The notes beneath the pieces were generated by a model. That model saw only the letters and a program-made list of their open reading frames with translations. It did no database searches and had not been told where the DNA came from. The translations under genes were made by a program, and so were the position numbers. A stretch of 60,366 bases of DNA, the filler included, from Hausera hauseri (Eukaryota), in the NCBI GenBank assembly GCA_046269625.1. It is 9 parts of 9 records of this genome, joined end to end, with 100 filler letters (N's around TTAATTAATTAA, not from the genome) between each part and the next. Parts side by side here need not be neighbours in the genome. Positions count along the whole stretch, not along the records: positions 9,409 to 15,024 come from JBJURY010220186.1; positions 15,125 to 19,489 come from JBJURY010615331.1; positions 19,590 to 26,903 come from JBJURY010023008.1; 6 more parts are not named here. The stretch is one strand, 5' to 3'. Positions 12,714 through 25,065 of this stretch are shown here, one piece after another (positions within the stretch are counted from its first letter, which is position 1; each line of letters begins with the position of its first letter).

Positions 12714-15024
12714 TTTCTCGTCAGGAGAGTTGACGCCTATGCTTGGTTGTCTGAGGAGATCCAGTCTACGCCGGAGGTGTCTTCTGCTTTTTAGATTGTC
12801 TAAAGGTTCGTTTTCTATAGCGTAGCTAGTGGTGGGTTGGATCTGAATTGTGCGATTATAAGTGCCATCCGAATAATATCTAAGTCCGGCGACTTCTGCA
12901 CGGCACACTGGTCACGTAGTTTTACCGTTTTTTAACGTTCATACTTCTAAGCATTCGAGGTAATACTTATATTCTACGTAGGTCTTTTCGTATAAATCGT
13001 TATTTATTTGTCACAAGATAGATTTCGATTGGGAAATACGCACTGTGATGCATCTCTGGAAGAACTGGTCGATGCTACGTCGCTAGGTTCCTGTCTTGGT
13101 CGTCATCGTGATACTTACCGTTCTAAAGAATAAACAATAAGGATTAATCCTGTAACAAAGTACTGTTTTGAAATAAAACCAATTCTTTGTTAGATGGTAC
13201 AATAACCCGATCCGTCGCTGTCACGTTATTTCATCATAGGTTTTATCTTGGAGCTGCAGTACCATTAATTCGCTTGCTTTGATTTTGTGGCACTTATAAT
13301 GACAATTTTTGGCAACTAATCGAAAGATCGCAATTAACATAATGAGAACAAACGTTGATATTCAGATAATCGATAAGATTGATAGGGTCGTCAATCGCCT
13401 TGATGTTTGTGCAATGACTGGGGTTGTAGTTTTGTTGTCTATGTTTTTATATATATGCTATTCGGCGTGAACTTCATCTGAAGTACGCAATGTGATTGTT
13501 TGATTTCGCTTGTCTATTTCTCATACTTCTATTACATAATTTGCCTGTGGATTTAATAAATTACACTGATAAGTGTTTTAAGTAATGTTACAATTTGCTT
13601 TTTATACGTTGCTCGACAGCTTATATGTATATCATACTTTACTACTTCTTCTACAGAGAACACAATTTTAGATCGATAGACGGAATATTTAACAGGTATA
13701 TTTTCTAATTCTCTATCGGGCATTTTTCCCCATGTAACAGTTTCCGTAACAGTACTAACTTGAGCGGCTGGCCTTCTGGTTGTCGTCTCTGCTAGAATCT
13801 TCCATATTCTATTCTTTGTGTAATAAGTTCGCAACCAAATGCTTGATTCATTTGGTCATACGTGGTATAGGTCAAATCTTATCATGAATTCCCGGTTTAC
13901 CGGCAATTTACAACACGGGTGCTGCGTTCCATAATTAACACATCTGTATTCTATCTTCGGGTTTGTCCGTTTATTGCTTCGAAAGTGTCGCTGATTTCCT
14001 GCCGAAAAGTTAGTCCTATTCTAACATTTATTTGAATGCATTGTGTATCCTTATTTACTGAGATCCTCCTGATATTTTCCTCTAATATCCGTATATTTGG
14101 ATTAATACTTCGGATTATGTCGTTTGTCTTAGCTTAACTTGTTTCATTCAGTTTAGGCATAATTATATTGAGCTCTGTGGGTGTGAGCTTGAATTCCACG
14201 TATATTATAGTAGGACATTAGCAATTTGTATGTGAATGTTAGTCCAAAATCTAACTTGCAACACTTCCTTTAGCTCCTTGAGGGAAATAACACGTTTTAT
14301 CACAACATCGTCTAGGTCTTTGAACAGTATTCGAAATTTTACATGGTCTTTAAGAGGTTTGTCTGCTTTAAATTAAAGGCAGGGCCTTTTCCAATACATA
14401 CCGTAAACCTTTAGTGATTTCAAATTTTGTATATCTTTTTGTTTTTCTTCATCCTCTTTGGACAGCTCGGAAATACTTTTCGGGATACATGAGGCAATTA
14501 CATACAGTGCTAAGATTATCTGCATGTACGATATAAGTCTAGCGATTATTGAGGAGGTTTTCGTTTCTCGTTGTCGTAGATTATAATGCTTATTAGGTCG
14601 TATATATGTCTCAGCGATTCTCTGTACTGATACGACTTCTTCCTTTCCATTCTTGTTAATGTACACTGTGGTAGGCATAATTTTAGTAATTTACGGGTCA
14701 ATTTTAATGATGTGCCTTTTATTGGCTACTGAGTAATGTACATAAACCCAATTTCCTTGTTATAAACATTTCTGTAGTCGCATCTGTAACACTTCTGCAA
14801 AATTTTTCTCTAAATCTTCGGGTTAGTCGTGTATGGAGTCATTCCTAAGTTTGTGGCAACACAGCTTCACGGTCATACATCATGAAGAACGGCGTAAACC
14901 CTTGGTCCATACTTATTAATTCCATTTTCACCCTGTCTATCGTCATTTCAATTTACTTCCCTCCAACAACCGTCAGTGTCTGCCTTTCTGTTTTCCTGTC
15001 AATATTTAATTCGTTACATATATT
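11994..15024 (-). mobile_element. Gypsy family B (RING-carrying) 3' part, decayed: integrase C-terminus, accessory region, RING, 3' LTR
   Basis: Integrase tail GFTPFFMMYDREAVLP (~14900). RING remnant CLEV*TLKNGKTT*PVCRAEVAGLRYY (~12690-13050). LTR end homologous to the one at 38481. Confidence 0.8.
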
Positions 15025-15124
15025 NNNNNNNNNNNNNNNNNNNNNNNNNNNNNNNNNNNNNNNNNNNNTTAATTAATTAANNNNNNNNNNNNNNNNNNNN
15101 NNNNNNNNNNNNNNNNNNNNNNNN

Positions 15125-15243
15125 GGCACCTTTGCTAGGCACTTTGTGGATCGATAGTGCACAGTGTGCACTATCGACCGGCACATGTGCAAAATCGATT
15201 TATCGATTACCCCCGGGGTGGGCCAGAACCGCCATTTTCCCCA
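15125..15243 (+). repeat. Palindromic MITE-like repeat end (copy 1)
   Basis: Closely similar to 16333-16457; contains the ATCGATAGTGCACAGTGTGCACTATCGA palindrome. Confidence 0.75.
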
Positions 15244-15732
15244 TACTCATAAACCCACATCTTATTACCTGTAACAATAATTGCCTGAAATTCCTCAGGA
15301 TCTTCATAGCGGTGCAAAAGCTCTTGATAAATTGTCAATCGCCTCTGGTTGTCAAACACTGAAAGAGATTTTGGAACCTATCAGGTGCAAACCGTATTCA
15401 TCTGTAGATGGTCATGCAGGATTGAGTGAACTGCATCTGCTGAGATGACAAGGGTCTCTGCAATCGCCTTGACTTTGACCCGAGAATCATCTATCACTAT
15501 ACACTGAACAGCAAGAACACTTTGCTCTGAAATACTGGTGGTTGGCCTTCCAGTGTGTTCGTCATTTTGGAGGCTGACTCTGCCATGGAGGAATCCATGA
15601 TGCCACCGCTCCACTGTGCGTCTTGAAAGTGCTTCAGCTTGGTATACGACAACCAACTCATGGAGGATTTCATTGCTGTTTAACCACTTTTGGTGAGAAA
15701 TTTAATGACTGGCGATATTCTAACTTATCCAT
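15244..15732 (-). pseudogene. Mariner transposase N-terminal half
   Basis: MDKLEYR..IKFL, LSRRTVERW...GRPTT HTH region, *VPKSL (WVPxxL motif) and IVTGNKMWVYEY (VTGDETW motif decayed). Confidence 0.85.
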
Positions 15733-15836
15733 AATTTGAAAAAAAAATAAGAGTTTAGATAAATGCATAGTATTTAAACAAAGGTAAGCTTTAATAATGT
15801 GAAAATTCATGATAACATTTTTCTAAAGTTGCTTAA

Positions 15837-15911
15837 TACGAGGGGCATTCAAAAATTTTTGTAGACTATTGCTTTCATGGACTTGGTCAAAAACTTTTAA
15901 CGCCCTTCGTA
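15837..15911. mobile_element. Head-to-head mariner TIR pair (mini element) flanked by TA
   Basis: TACGAGGGGCATTCAAAAATTTTT ... AAAAACTTTTAACGCCCTTCGTA are inverted mariner-type termini. Confidence 0.65.
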
Positions 15912-16229
15912 TGTGCACAATGCATTGCATCACAGAAAGTTTTCCTAATTAATAGTAGTTTCAAAAAAGTAAAAATTAAAAATGCAGTATTTTGGTAATA
16001 CAAATCGATACATAAATACATATCTATTATATAAAATACAAAAATACTTCATATACACGAAGTTTTAAAATAAAATTGAACATGAAAACTTAGATATGTA
16101 ACATTGTTTGTGATACGTCATACTATGACGTGTGTGGTTTAACCTTGATAATATGTATTACATTCAATATATTCAAATTCAAAATATTTTTTAATTTTTG
16201 GGGGTATGAAGTATTTTTAAATTCAATAC

Positions 16230-16457
16230 AAGGATGTGGGGCCTTGATGTGCCCCATCAATTCGATCAATAGTGCACTGTGCTGCGATTGATAAGTGAAA
16301 AGTGCAAAAGTACCCTTAGCAATGGTGCGTAGCGGCACCGTTGCTAGGCACTTTATGGATCGATAGTGCACAGTGTGTACTATCGTTCGGCACATGTGCA
16401 AAATCGATTTATCGATTACAACCCCCTCGGGGTGGGCCAGAATTGCTATTTTCCCCC
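16230..16457 (+). repeat. Palindromic MITE-like repeat (copy 2)
   Basis: Several hairpins (TAGCAATGGTGC...GCACCGTTGCTA); right part matches 15125-15243. Left boundary approximate. Confidence 0.7.
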
Positions 16458-16928
16458 TATTTTTATGATTACCAGCTTGAATCCAAACAGCAAAGCAAAG
16501 TATGGATAATGAAAGGAAATCCTCTACCAGTAAAGTTCAAGACCACCAAGTCAGCTGGAAAAACAATGGTCACAGTTTTTTGGGATTTTAAGAGTGTTGT
16601 GTTGGTGGACTTTTTGTCACGTGGGACAACAATGATAGGCCAATATTACGCTGGATTATTGGGGTGTTTGCGAGAAGCTGTGAAGAAGGAGCGTCGTGGA
16701 AAAATAAGTCGTGGTATTCTGCTCCAACATGATAATGCACCTCCTCACACCTCCCATGTTTCATCCGCCACTGTTCATGATTGCGGTTTTGAACTTTTAC
16801 CTCACACATCCTATTCCCCAGACCTTGCCCCCAGTTACTACTATCCGTTTTCAAATCTCAAGAAAGCGTTAGGTGGAAAAAGATTTTCAGATGATAATGA
16901 ACTGAAAGCATCAACCTCATTTGATGAT
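16458..16928 (+). pseudogene. Mariner transposase C-terminal (DD34D) half
   Basis: ESKQQSKVW, KTMVTVFWD, LLQHDNAPPH and YSPDLAPSYY (third catalytic D lost). Confidence 0.9.
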
Positions 16929-19489
16929 TGTAAGATAGAATTATTCATAAAATATTTACTATAAAAGCTTTTTTAACATTTATTTCTTTCACTCTGTAAA
17001 TGAGTCTTACTTTCCTTCTTTTCTGAAGTTCCTGGTTTTCTGTTGGCTGTTTTTTGACTTATCTTTTGAGTATTAATATCCATCTTGATTGCTCCTCACA
17101 TCCCCCTCCTTTAAGTATTTCCGCAGTTTTTCCACATTTCTTTCCAGAATTGTGCCGTCCGTGTGTTGCAATACATATCGTCTGTCGTGTTTTCTCTCGA
17201 TGACTTTGTATGGCCCTTCGTATTTGTCTTTATCTTTTGCTCCTGATTCCCTCTGTATTACTATGCTTTCTCCGACCTGGTATACGCTTTTTACTGGTAC
17301 CTTTTCTGGGTTATTACCCTTTGTTGGTTCTATTGTTTTATTCTGAACCTGCCATCTTTCTCTATGTATTGTTCTTCCGAATATTATTTCTTCTGAACTT
17401 TTCCCTGTTGTTTTCTGAACTGTCGCATTTAGTGTGAATTCTATCTCTGGTAGTGTCAACTCCCAATCTGTTCGTAGTCGATCATGGAGAGTCGAACCTA
17501 TATACTCTCTAATTGTCCGGAATTGCCTTTCCACAATGCCATTGGTGTTGTGATGATACGGGCTCGAATAGTACATCTTGATGCCCATTGACGTCGTCCA
17601 ATTTTTAAATATCTTAGACTCAAATGCTTTTCCGCAGAGTGTGTGTATCTCTTTCGGTACGCCGAATTTGAGAATCCGTATTTAGCACCGTGTCTTCTAT
17701 TGTAAGTTCGCCCTGTTTTGCTATCGCCGATAGTGATATATATCTGCTAAACTGGTCTATGATGGCCAATATGTATTTTTTCTTCTTCCAGGTTTCTTTT
17801 AACGGTCCGCAAATATCAATGTAGATCTTCTCGAATGGTTCGTTTGCCGAGAGTCTCAGGGTCTCTTCCTTCGTACCCGTTGTCATGGTCTTGTTTCGCT
17901 GACATGCCTCACAGCGTCCAATCACTTCCTTGACGGTGTCTTTCATGTTTATCATGTCGTAGTTATTGATTATGTATTTTGTCACTTTTTCTATTTCGTC
18001 ATGGGATAGCATTGATAGAATTGCTTTATCATTTCTTCCTTCTTATCCGTTGGTATCCATATCTTGCCTTTTCTTGTCTTCACAATGCCATTTTCTACTA
18101 CGAATTTCCAATGCTCTTTGTTTGAGATGTCTTCTTTTATTTCTTCAATTTCTTTGCTGTTTCTTTGATATGGATATAATTCTGTCGATTCTACTGCATT
18201 TATCCTCTGAGTTTTGATCTTATGGGAGTTGGCCTCTTCGTGAGCTAACACGCATTGACTGCATGTGCCACAATTGGTTCGGGATAACATGTCGGCGTTA
18301 GCATGATCTGTTCCTTTCCTGTATTTCAGTCTTATGTCTAAACTTGATAAATAGTTTATCCAGGTTTGGAATTGCACTGTTATTGGCTTTTTTGTTTCTA
18401 ACATGAAGGTGATGGCCTTGTGATCCGTCTTTAATGTAAACCTTCTCCCATACAAGTAGTGATTAAAATGCTGACAGAAGTAATACATAGCCAGCAACTT
18501 CTTCCGTGTAATGCAATAGCCTTTTTCGTGATTATTCATTCCTTGTGATCCGTATGCAATCACTCTTTCATGCCCACTGTGTCTTTTTGTGATAATACTG
18601 TTCCAATCGTATTAAAGCTAGCATCGGTATCCAGAATAAATTCTTTTTTGAAGTCTGGGAACCCTAATATTGGTGGAGATGGCAACGCCATCTTCATTGC
18701 TTCAAATGCTTTGTTGCAAGACTCGGTCCATACCAGTTTTTTGTTGCTCAGTCCGCACATTTGTTCTAATGCCTTAGCTTTTGTGACATACCCTTGAATA
18801 AATCTCCTGTAGTAATTGCAAATTCCTAAAAAGCTTCTGAGATTTTTACGCAATTTGGTTTCTCAAATAATTTTATGGCGTCCAGCTTGGATGGATCCGC
18901 TTGTATGCTTTGTTATTCACAATATTTCCCGAGAACTTTACATCTGTTTTCAAGATGTGACATTTCTCTGGGTTTATTCTCAATCCCGCCTTTTTGATTT
19001 GATCTAGTAATTTCTCTAATATTACATAATTCTCTTTCAATGATTTCGAAAAGATCAATATATCGTCCAGGTATACTATAGTTTGTTCCATGTTTTCCAA
19101 TACTTTGGTCATCAGTTTTCGGAATGTAGCCGCTGATGCTGCTATACCAAAAGGCATCCTGTTGAAACAAAATTGTCTCCATTTAGTCGAAAAGGCTGTT
19201 TTCAACTTGGATTCTTCCTTTAGTTCGACCTGGTAATATGCGTTTCCCAGATCGATTGGTGTGAAATATCTAGCACTATATAGTTTATCCATCATTTCCA
19301 TCATGTTCGACATGGGATACGCTTGTTTTTCCGTGACGAGGTTCAAGTGTCTAAAGTCTAGACAAATTCTGACATCGTTTTTCTCTTTCTTCCAGACGCA
19401 GATCATCGGAGCATTCCAAGGTGAATTACATTTCTTGATGATATTGTTTTCCCATAGGTTTTGGATGGTCTCATCGATTTTACTTTCTA
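16929..19489 (-). mobile_element. Gypsy LTR retrotransposon (family C): frameshifted RT-RNaseH-integrase, PPT and short 3' LTR
   Basis: RT YLDD, RNaseH FILDTDAS/TDHKA, integrase YIDICGPL/AIIDQFSR, GPY. PPT AAAGGAGGGGGA at 17101-17112. LTR TGTGAG...CTTACA at 16929-17100. Confidence 0.92.
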
Positions 19490-19589
19490 NNNNNNNNNNN
19501 NNNNNNNNNNNNNNNNNNNNNNNNNNNNNNNNNTTAATTAATTAANNNNNNNNNNNNNNNNNNNNNNNNNNNNNNNNNNNNNNNNNNNN

Positions 19590-22500
19590 CTGTGGTTGAG
19601 GCATCGGTTGTAAGAATAAGATCTGCCTTGGGTTTCGGATAAGCCAGTATTTCTACGGTTTTAAGATCTTCGCTTAAGTTATCAAACTTGGTTACTAAAT
19701 CAGGAGTCCAGTGGATCAACTGCTTCTTTTTTCCGGATGATAAATGCGCAAAAGGTGCTGTGAGCCAGAACAATGAGGTACGTGTTTGTGGATGAAGTGG
19801 AGTGTGCCTAAGAAGCTTCTCATTTCCGTGGTAGTCGTTGGTAGAGTTATGCACTTTAATTGTTGTAGTCGATCCGGTTGTGGAGAATGGCCGTTAAAAG
19901 TGATGGCGTGACTTAAGAAATTTACACGTTTTTGAAAGAAATGACACTTGGCAAAGTTGACTTACAAATTGCTATGATGTAATCTGTGAAAGATAATACG
20001 AAGGTGTTCTTAATGTTGTTTAACAGACGTAGAGGCAACTAGGATATCATTAATATATGGATGAGCGAAATCAAGACCTGAGAATACGGTATCAATGTGC
20101 CGTTGGAAAGTTTGAGAAGCATTACGTAAACCAAATGGCATAAAGATATATTTGTAGAGGCCAAATGGAGTAATAATAGCAATTTTTGGAATATCATCAG
20201 GTGCAACAGGAATTTGATGATATGCTTTATGCAAGTTAATTGTGGAGTATGTGTTAGTGTTGGTAAGGCTGTGCATGATGTCATTTATGAGAGGTAAAGG
20301 GTAAGCATTTAGGACTGTTAGATTATTTAACTGCCTATAATCATCTCATGGTCTGTATGTGCCATCTTTCTTCGTTACAACATGCAAAATGCGAATCCCA
20401 TGGTGATTTGGATCGTCGAATAATGCCCGCCTTTTCAAGTTCATTGAACTCAGATTCAACAGCTTTTCGTCTGCGAGGTGAAAGTGACCTTGCCTTTTGT
20501 CTAATAGGTTTTTGGTGTTCGGTGACTATGTGGTGATATGTTGTAGAATGCGGTTTGAAATTGATGTCCTTCTTAAGAGTACGGGAACAAGAAGTCTTAA
20601 TGTAGGATTTGATATCAGAACCCAACGATAAAAATGATGATGGCATATTATTATAAAGTCAGTGGCTGTAATCGATGTAGAATGATTAAATGCTTCATTA
20701 ACGATATTTGGTTCAACCGAATGTTTCAAGATTGATTTGTTTCCACTTGACGAGATTGAAAATATTGATGAAATGTTAAACGTGTTGCTGTCAACCGATG
20801 AACAGGATATCACATTGACATTTGAATGATCTGAGGAAAACAAAGTGTCCAACTGGTCGTTTGGTGAGTATCTGTTAGAATTTACAGTGAAGTTTCTGTG
20901 CAGGAGGCATTTATGCTTGCAGTCGACTAACAAATCGTATGCTGCCAAGAAATCGGAGCCTATTATGGGCGATCTGATGTTGGCTATGTGAAAATTCCAG
21001 ATAAATTTCCCTGGTAGGTTGGAGAATATGAAGGTCAGTTTTATGGTACCTACAATGTTCGAGGGTTGACCACAGGCAGTAAAGAGTGGAGGAGAGAAAA
21101 CTGTGTCAGATGTAGGAGCAAAAGACAAAGGAAGAAGTGAAAAGGCAGCTCCTGAATCGATAAGGAAGTCAATGTGTGATGTGTCTCCAAGTACAGATCA
21201 GCTTTCAACAGAAAGACTGCAGAGGCGGTGTTGAAACGGCCAGTAGTTTGAATGATATTGCCTGTACCAGAATGTGTCGTGGCATGTGGTTGCATTATTG
21301 GTTTTTTGAAACTTGTTGGTAGAAAGAGGCGGAATGGTGAGTGCGCGGAGGCGAAGAAAATGGAGAAGAACTAGTATTCCTTTTATCATGTTTACATCCT
21401 GGCACGCATGACCTAGCCTTGGACTGGTACTTTGCGTGATAGATTAAGATTGAATTGTCTACGGCATATTGTGCATCGTAGTATCGACAGCCTAAAACAC
21501 ATTTCCTTGCATCTCTGCGGAATTTGTTGTGATAGAAACACATCATTTTACCATCTCTAGATTTAGAACGAGAAGAGTGCCTGGAATAACTGCGATTGCG
21601 GGAAATACGATTGTCGCTTCCTCGGGGCACAGATAAGTCACTAAGTTGGGCTGTGATTGCAGAAATTGTTTGTTGTAGGGTGTCAAATTGTTTCTGCATC
21701 ATGTGCAGTTGTTGTGCAAATAAAGTGTTGTCTGATATTGTGTGAGCAGTTTCTGCGGCTACTGGCTGCGAGTTATTGGACTTCAGAATATCAAAACTTT
21801 TGTCTGCCAATAAGGCGAGCTTTTCGAGTGCAGTAGAGTCATTTACTACAGTAAGCAGCGCTCGGATGGAGGCTGGCAAAGATGAGAGAAAATACCGACG
21901 AAGAAGATCAGCACTGTTTATAGAAGTCACGCCTAAAGAGCTCAGTTGTGAGATGGCAGTTTTAAGGAAATCTGATGGTTTTTGATTTCTAATGGCGTGT
22001 TCATTAAAATACTTCTGGATTGTGCTGTCGATGGAAGGGTCGGTGATATGTAGAATCGATTAATACAACATATCATACGGGCTTGAAGAAGAGAGTATGT
22101 CAGCCAGATTACTGATCTGCTGCTTGATGTTAGCTGGAAGTAATAGCAGCAGACTGTTAGCTCGCAGAAAGGAATCTGTAATATGATTGGCTTTGAGCCA
22201 TTGAAAGTGAAACTGTAACCAAGTTCGGCTCGAATTTGTTTTATCTAGGAAAAAGTCTGTACAGGGAAGATTTGGAGATGTTGATGGTGTGGGGTCGACA
22301 GGACGGCGACCACACCTGGTTTTTGTTAAAATTTCGGCAGAAGGGTCAAAGTCTGATCCACCACGAATGCGAAAATGGACAGTGAGAGTCATGGAATATT
22401 TCTCGAGTGCAAAAGATGAAAGAGAATTGTAAGGTTGCAAAGTTAGACCGTTGTACATAAAATAAAAATCAGGGGAGCCGAAAAAAAAGAGGCCAATTCA

Positions 22501-22620
22501 GAATAAAGAATATGAGCTGCTTGTTTGTGCGTAACCCTTAAGGTGAGGACATGTTTATTATTAGAAAAGATGAAAAAAGAAAGGGGACATGGCGCAACGG
22601 GGGCGGACACGCTCGGTCTC
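19590..22620 (-). mobile_element. Gypsy family A 5' half: UBL-Gag with double CHCC knuckle, protease, RT, start of RNaseH
   Basis: Gag CFYHNKFRRDARKCVLGC and IYHAKYQSKARSCVPGC; protease FLIDSGAA/IIGSDFL; RT TPFGLY..MPFGLRNA, YINDIL; LTTDAS. Confidence 0.92.
22357..22590 (-). CDS. Ubiquitin-like domain at the Gag N-terminus ending in HFRIRGG
   Basis: ATG at 22590 to GG at 22357 is 234 nt. Correcting two homopolymer indels gives MSPFFFIFSNNKHVLTLRVTHKQAAHILYSELASFFGSPDFYFMYNGLTLQPYNSLSSFALEKYSMTLTVHFRIRGG. Confidence 0.7.
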
Positions 22621-22899
22621 TCAACCAGAGTCCCCTGTATGATTGATCATCGTGGTAGGACGACCAGTACTTCGATACATTGTAAGATGTAAAAACTTCA
22701 AACATTCAATGTTTTTACTGGCTGCGAATCGTGCTTTTGGTTTTAAAATGGTAGGTTGCAAACTGAATTCACCAATTGATACAGTCGTCATATTTTTGTT
22801 CAAATTTGAACGGTGAATCCACAGGCAGCTATCTTTGATGTGCCAAACATTAATTCAACCGTTGCTGCAGCCAATCTATGAAACATGATTTTTGAGAGA

Positions 22900-25065
22900 T
22901 GGACAGTTGAAAAACCGATGCAATATGACCGTTTAGATTAAGACGGCAGTCAGTTTCACCAGTTTAAAAGTCAATTTCGTGAAATTCAATATTACCAGAT
23001 GATAGTTCAATAATTAAAACTTGTTTACCAAAATCTGAAGCATAAACGTCGGACAACCAGTTTAAAAAAGTGATTGAGGAAGACAGACTAATTACGCAGA
23101 TTAGTCTATATTCGTCCTATAATTTAAATGATTGAGTGTATGAATAACTCTCACAATTACCTTATGTTATTTCGTCGGAACTGGTCGAGCAATAAGATGT
23201 TGGATTTGAGTACCCCGAACACTGAGTGATCTTCACCAACGATTATGGATTATTGTTTTGCCGATGGTTTTCTTTGATCATATAACTAACAGTTCCATTT
23301 TCCACAGATCCTGATCTTCCGCAGTAATTTTACCCAAAATCGAATGGATCGTTGCTATTCCATTACTCTCAGCAATCCGATAGAAATACTGTTGTCGAAA
23401 TGTAGGTGTACAGTCGTTAACGTCAAGCACTTTAATTTTCACCTTACACGTATCGTTCAACGACGGTTGACCGCTATCTTTCTCTATAATTATCAACGAA
23501 TATGAATCCTTCTGTTATCGATCGAATTTCTATTGCGTTTCAATTTTCTCTGAACTCGTTATAGTAAAGTAGTAATTATACATGTTGTTTACAATCAGGG
23601 TATCCGGATCGTATGATTTGACGTACCCAATTAACGCACCGATTACGTTGTTTTTCTTATTTGAAAATTGAATTTCCAACGATGAAAATTTTGGTGGGTT
23701 GTCGTTTTCATCGACAATCTACACGCTGAAAACCTTTTCACCAGTCAGTGCAGGTCGACCTTGATCCGTGCACCGAATTAATATTGAGTAATAACTGATC
23801 CTTTCCCGAACAAATGAACTGTTGGGATTTTTGTCTATTCGGTAAACCATTAGCATTCCACCATTCGGCTGCAGAAACGAATATTGTCAAAGAATGGAGA
23901 AATAATACGTATCGTTTAAATCACACGAAAATTCGCTGTTTATTCCCCGATCTTCGTCCTTTAATGTAACGGTCATGATAACTTGACCGTTCTTGTCATT
24001 CTCGAAAATTGATGCTGATCGTTTAGACAGTGAAATGATCAGTTCATGATCGTTACAATATTCAATTTCGATTGTGACCGACATTTCGTTTTCTCGGCCA
24101 CCGCCATCAATTGCCGTTACGTAAAACGTTATTTTCTCTTTTTGCTGCAACGATTGCAAACCATGTGTGGCTAAAAACAAACCGTTACCAGTAAAAAAGA
24201 ACATATTCTGGGAATGATCACTGATTTTGTATTTAATTTGACCGTTCGGTGTGCTGCTATCGTCTTTATCATATTCCTGTAACTCAGTCAGAGGTCGCTG
24301 CGGTTCACATTCTCGAACTTTTCTGTAGATTGAACTCGTTGGCCGCGTCGGAGTATTGTCGTTAACGTCAGACACACTCACCGTTATTGTACACGTACCC
24401 TGTTGTTTACTCGTATCTTTAGCGATTAGTATGAATTCAAAACTGTCAACTTCGTCACGATCAATCGGTTTAATCGTTTTCCAATACGGAATTTTTACAT
24501 TGTTCATGACTTTTTTGACAACTTTAAAATATACCGACGCTAGATGCCGGGCCGACTTACTATTGCTCGTTGCACCAGTCTCCATGGAATATTTGTCAAT
24601 ACCGAATGTTTGACTGTCCGGGTCGTCAGCAGTTGGCAAAGAAAATTCCATTTCCACATCGTTATTTTCTTGAACGGTCAATGTTTTATGACGCATGGGA
24701 AAAATCGGTGCGTTGTCATTTTCATCTTGGATTTTAATGCTAATTTCGAATACTTTGTTGTCAACGGACACGAACAATGTGATTTTACAAATATCGGAAT
24801 GTTTACAAATGGCTTCCCGATCGATGTTTGATCGTAACCGTAGAATTCTGGTTTTCGGGTATAAACTTAAATAATTGTTGAAATCCGGTTCGTTGGTAAT
24901 CAGATCAAATTGTCCGTTTGGTAATTTTAGTTTGGTAATATAGTTCAGTAAATTGAACACATCTCCGCCGTCTTTATTTTCGGTTATTATTAATTCTATA
25001 ACGTGTTTCTCACAAGCGATAAGTTCCACTACTATTAGAATCATGAATGCGAATTGAATGGACAT
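22900..25065 (-). CDS. Protocadherin-like cadherin ectodomain (largely intronless, frameshifted after ~EC4)
   Basis: Signal peptide, IDREAIC, DENDNAPIF, ADDPD, IDRDE, DVNDNTP and further DxNDxxP repeats at ~23700 and ~23420. No TM segment seen; 3' end approximate. Confidence 0.88.
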
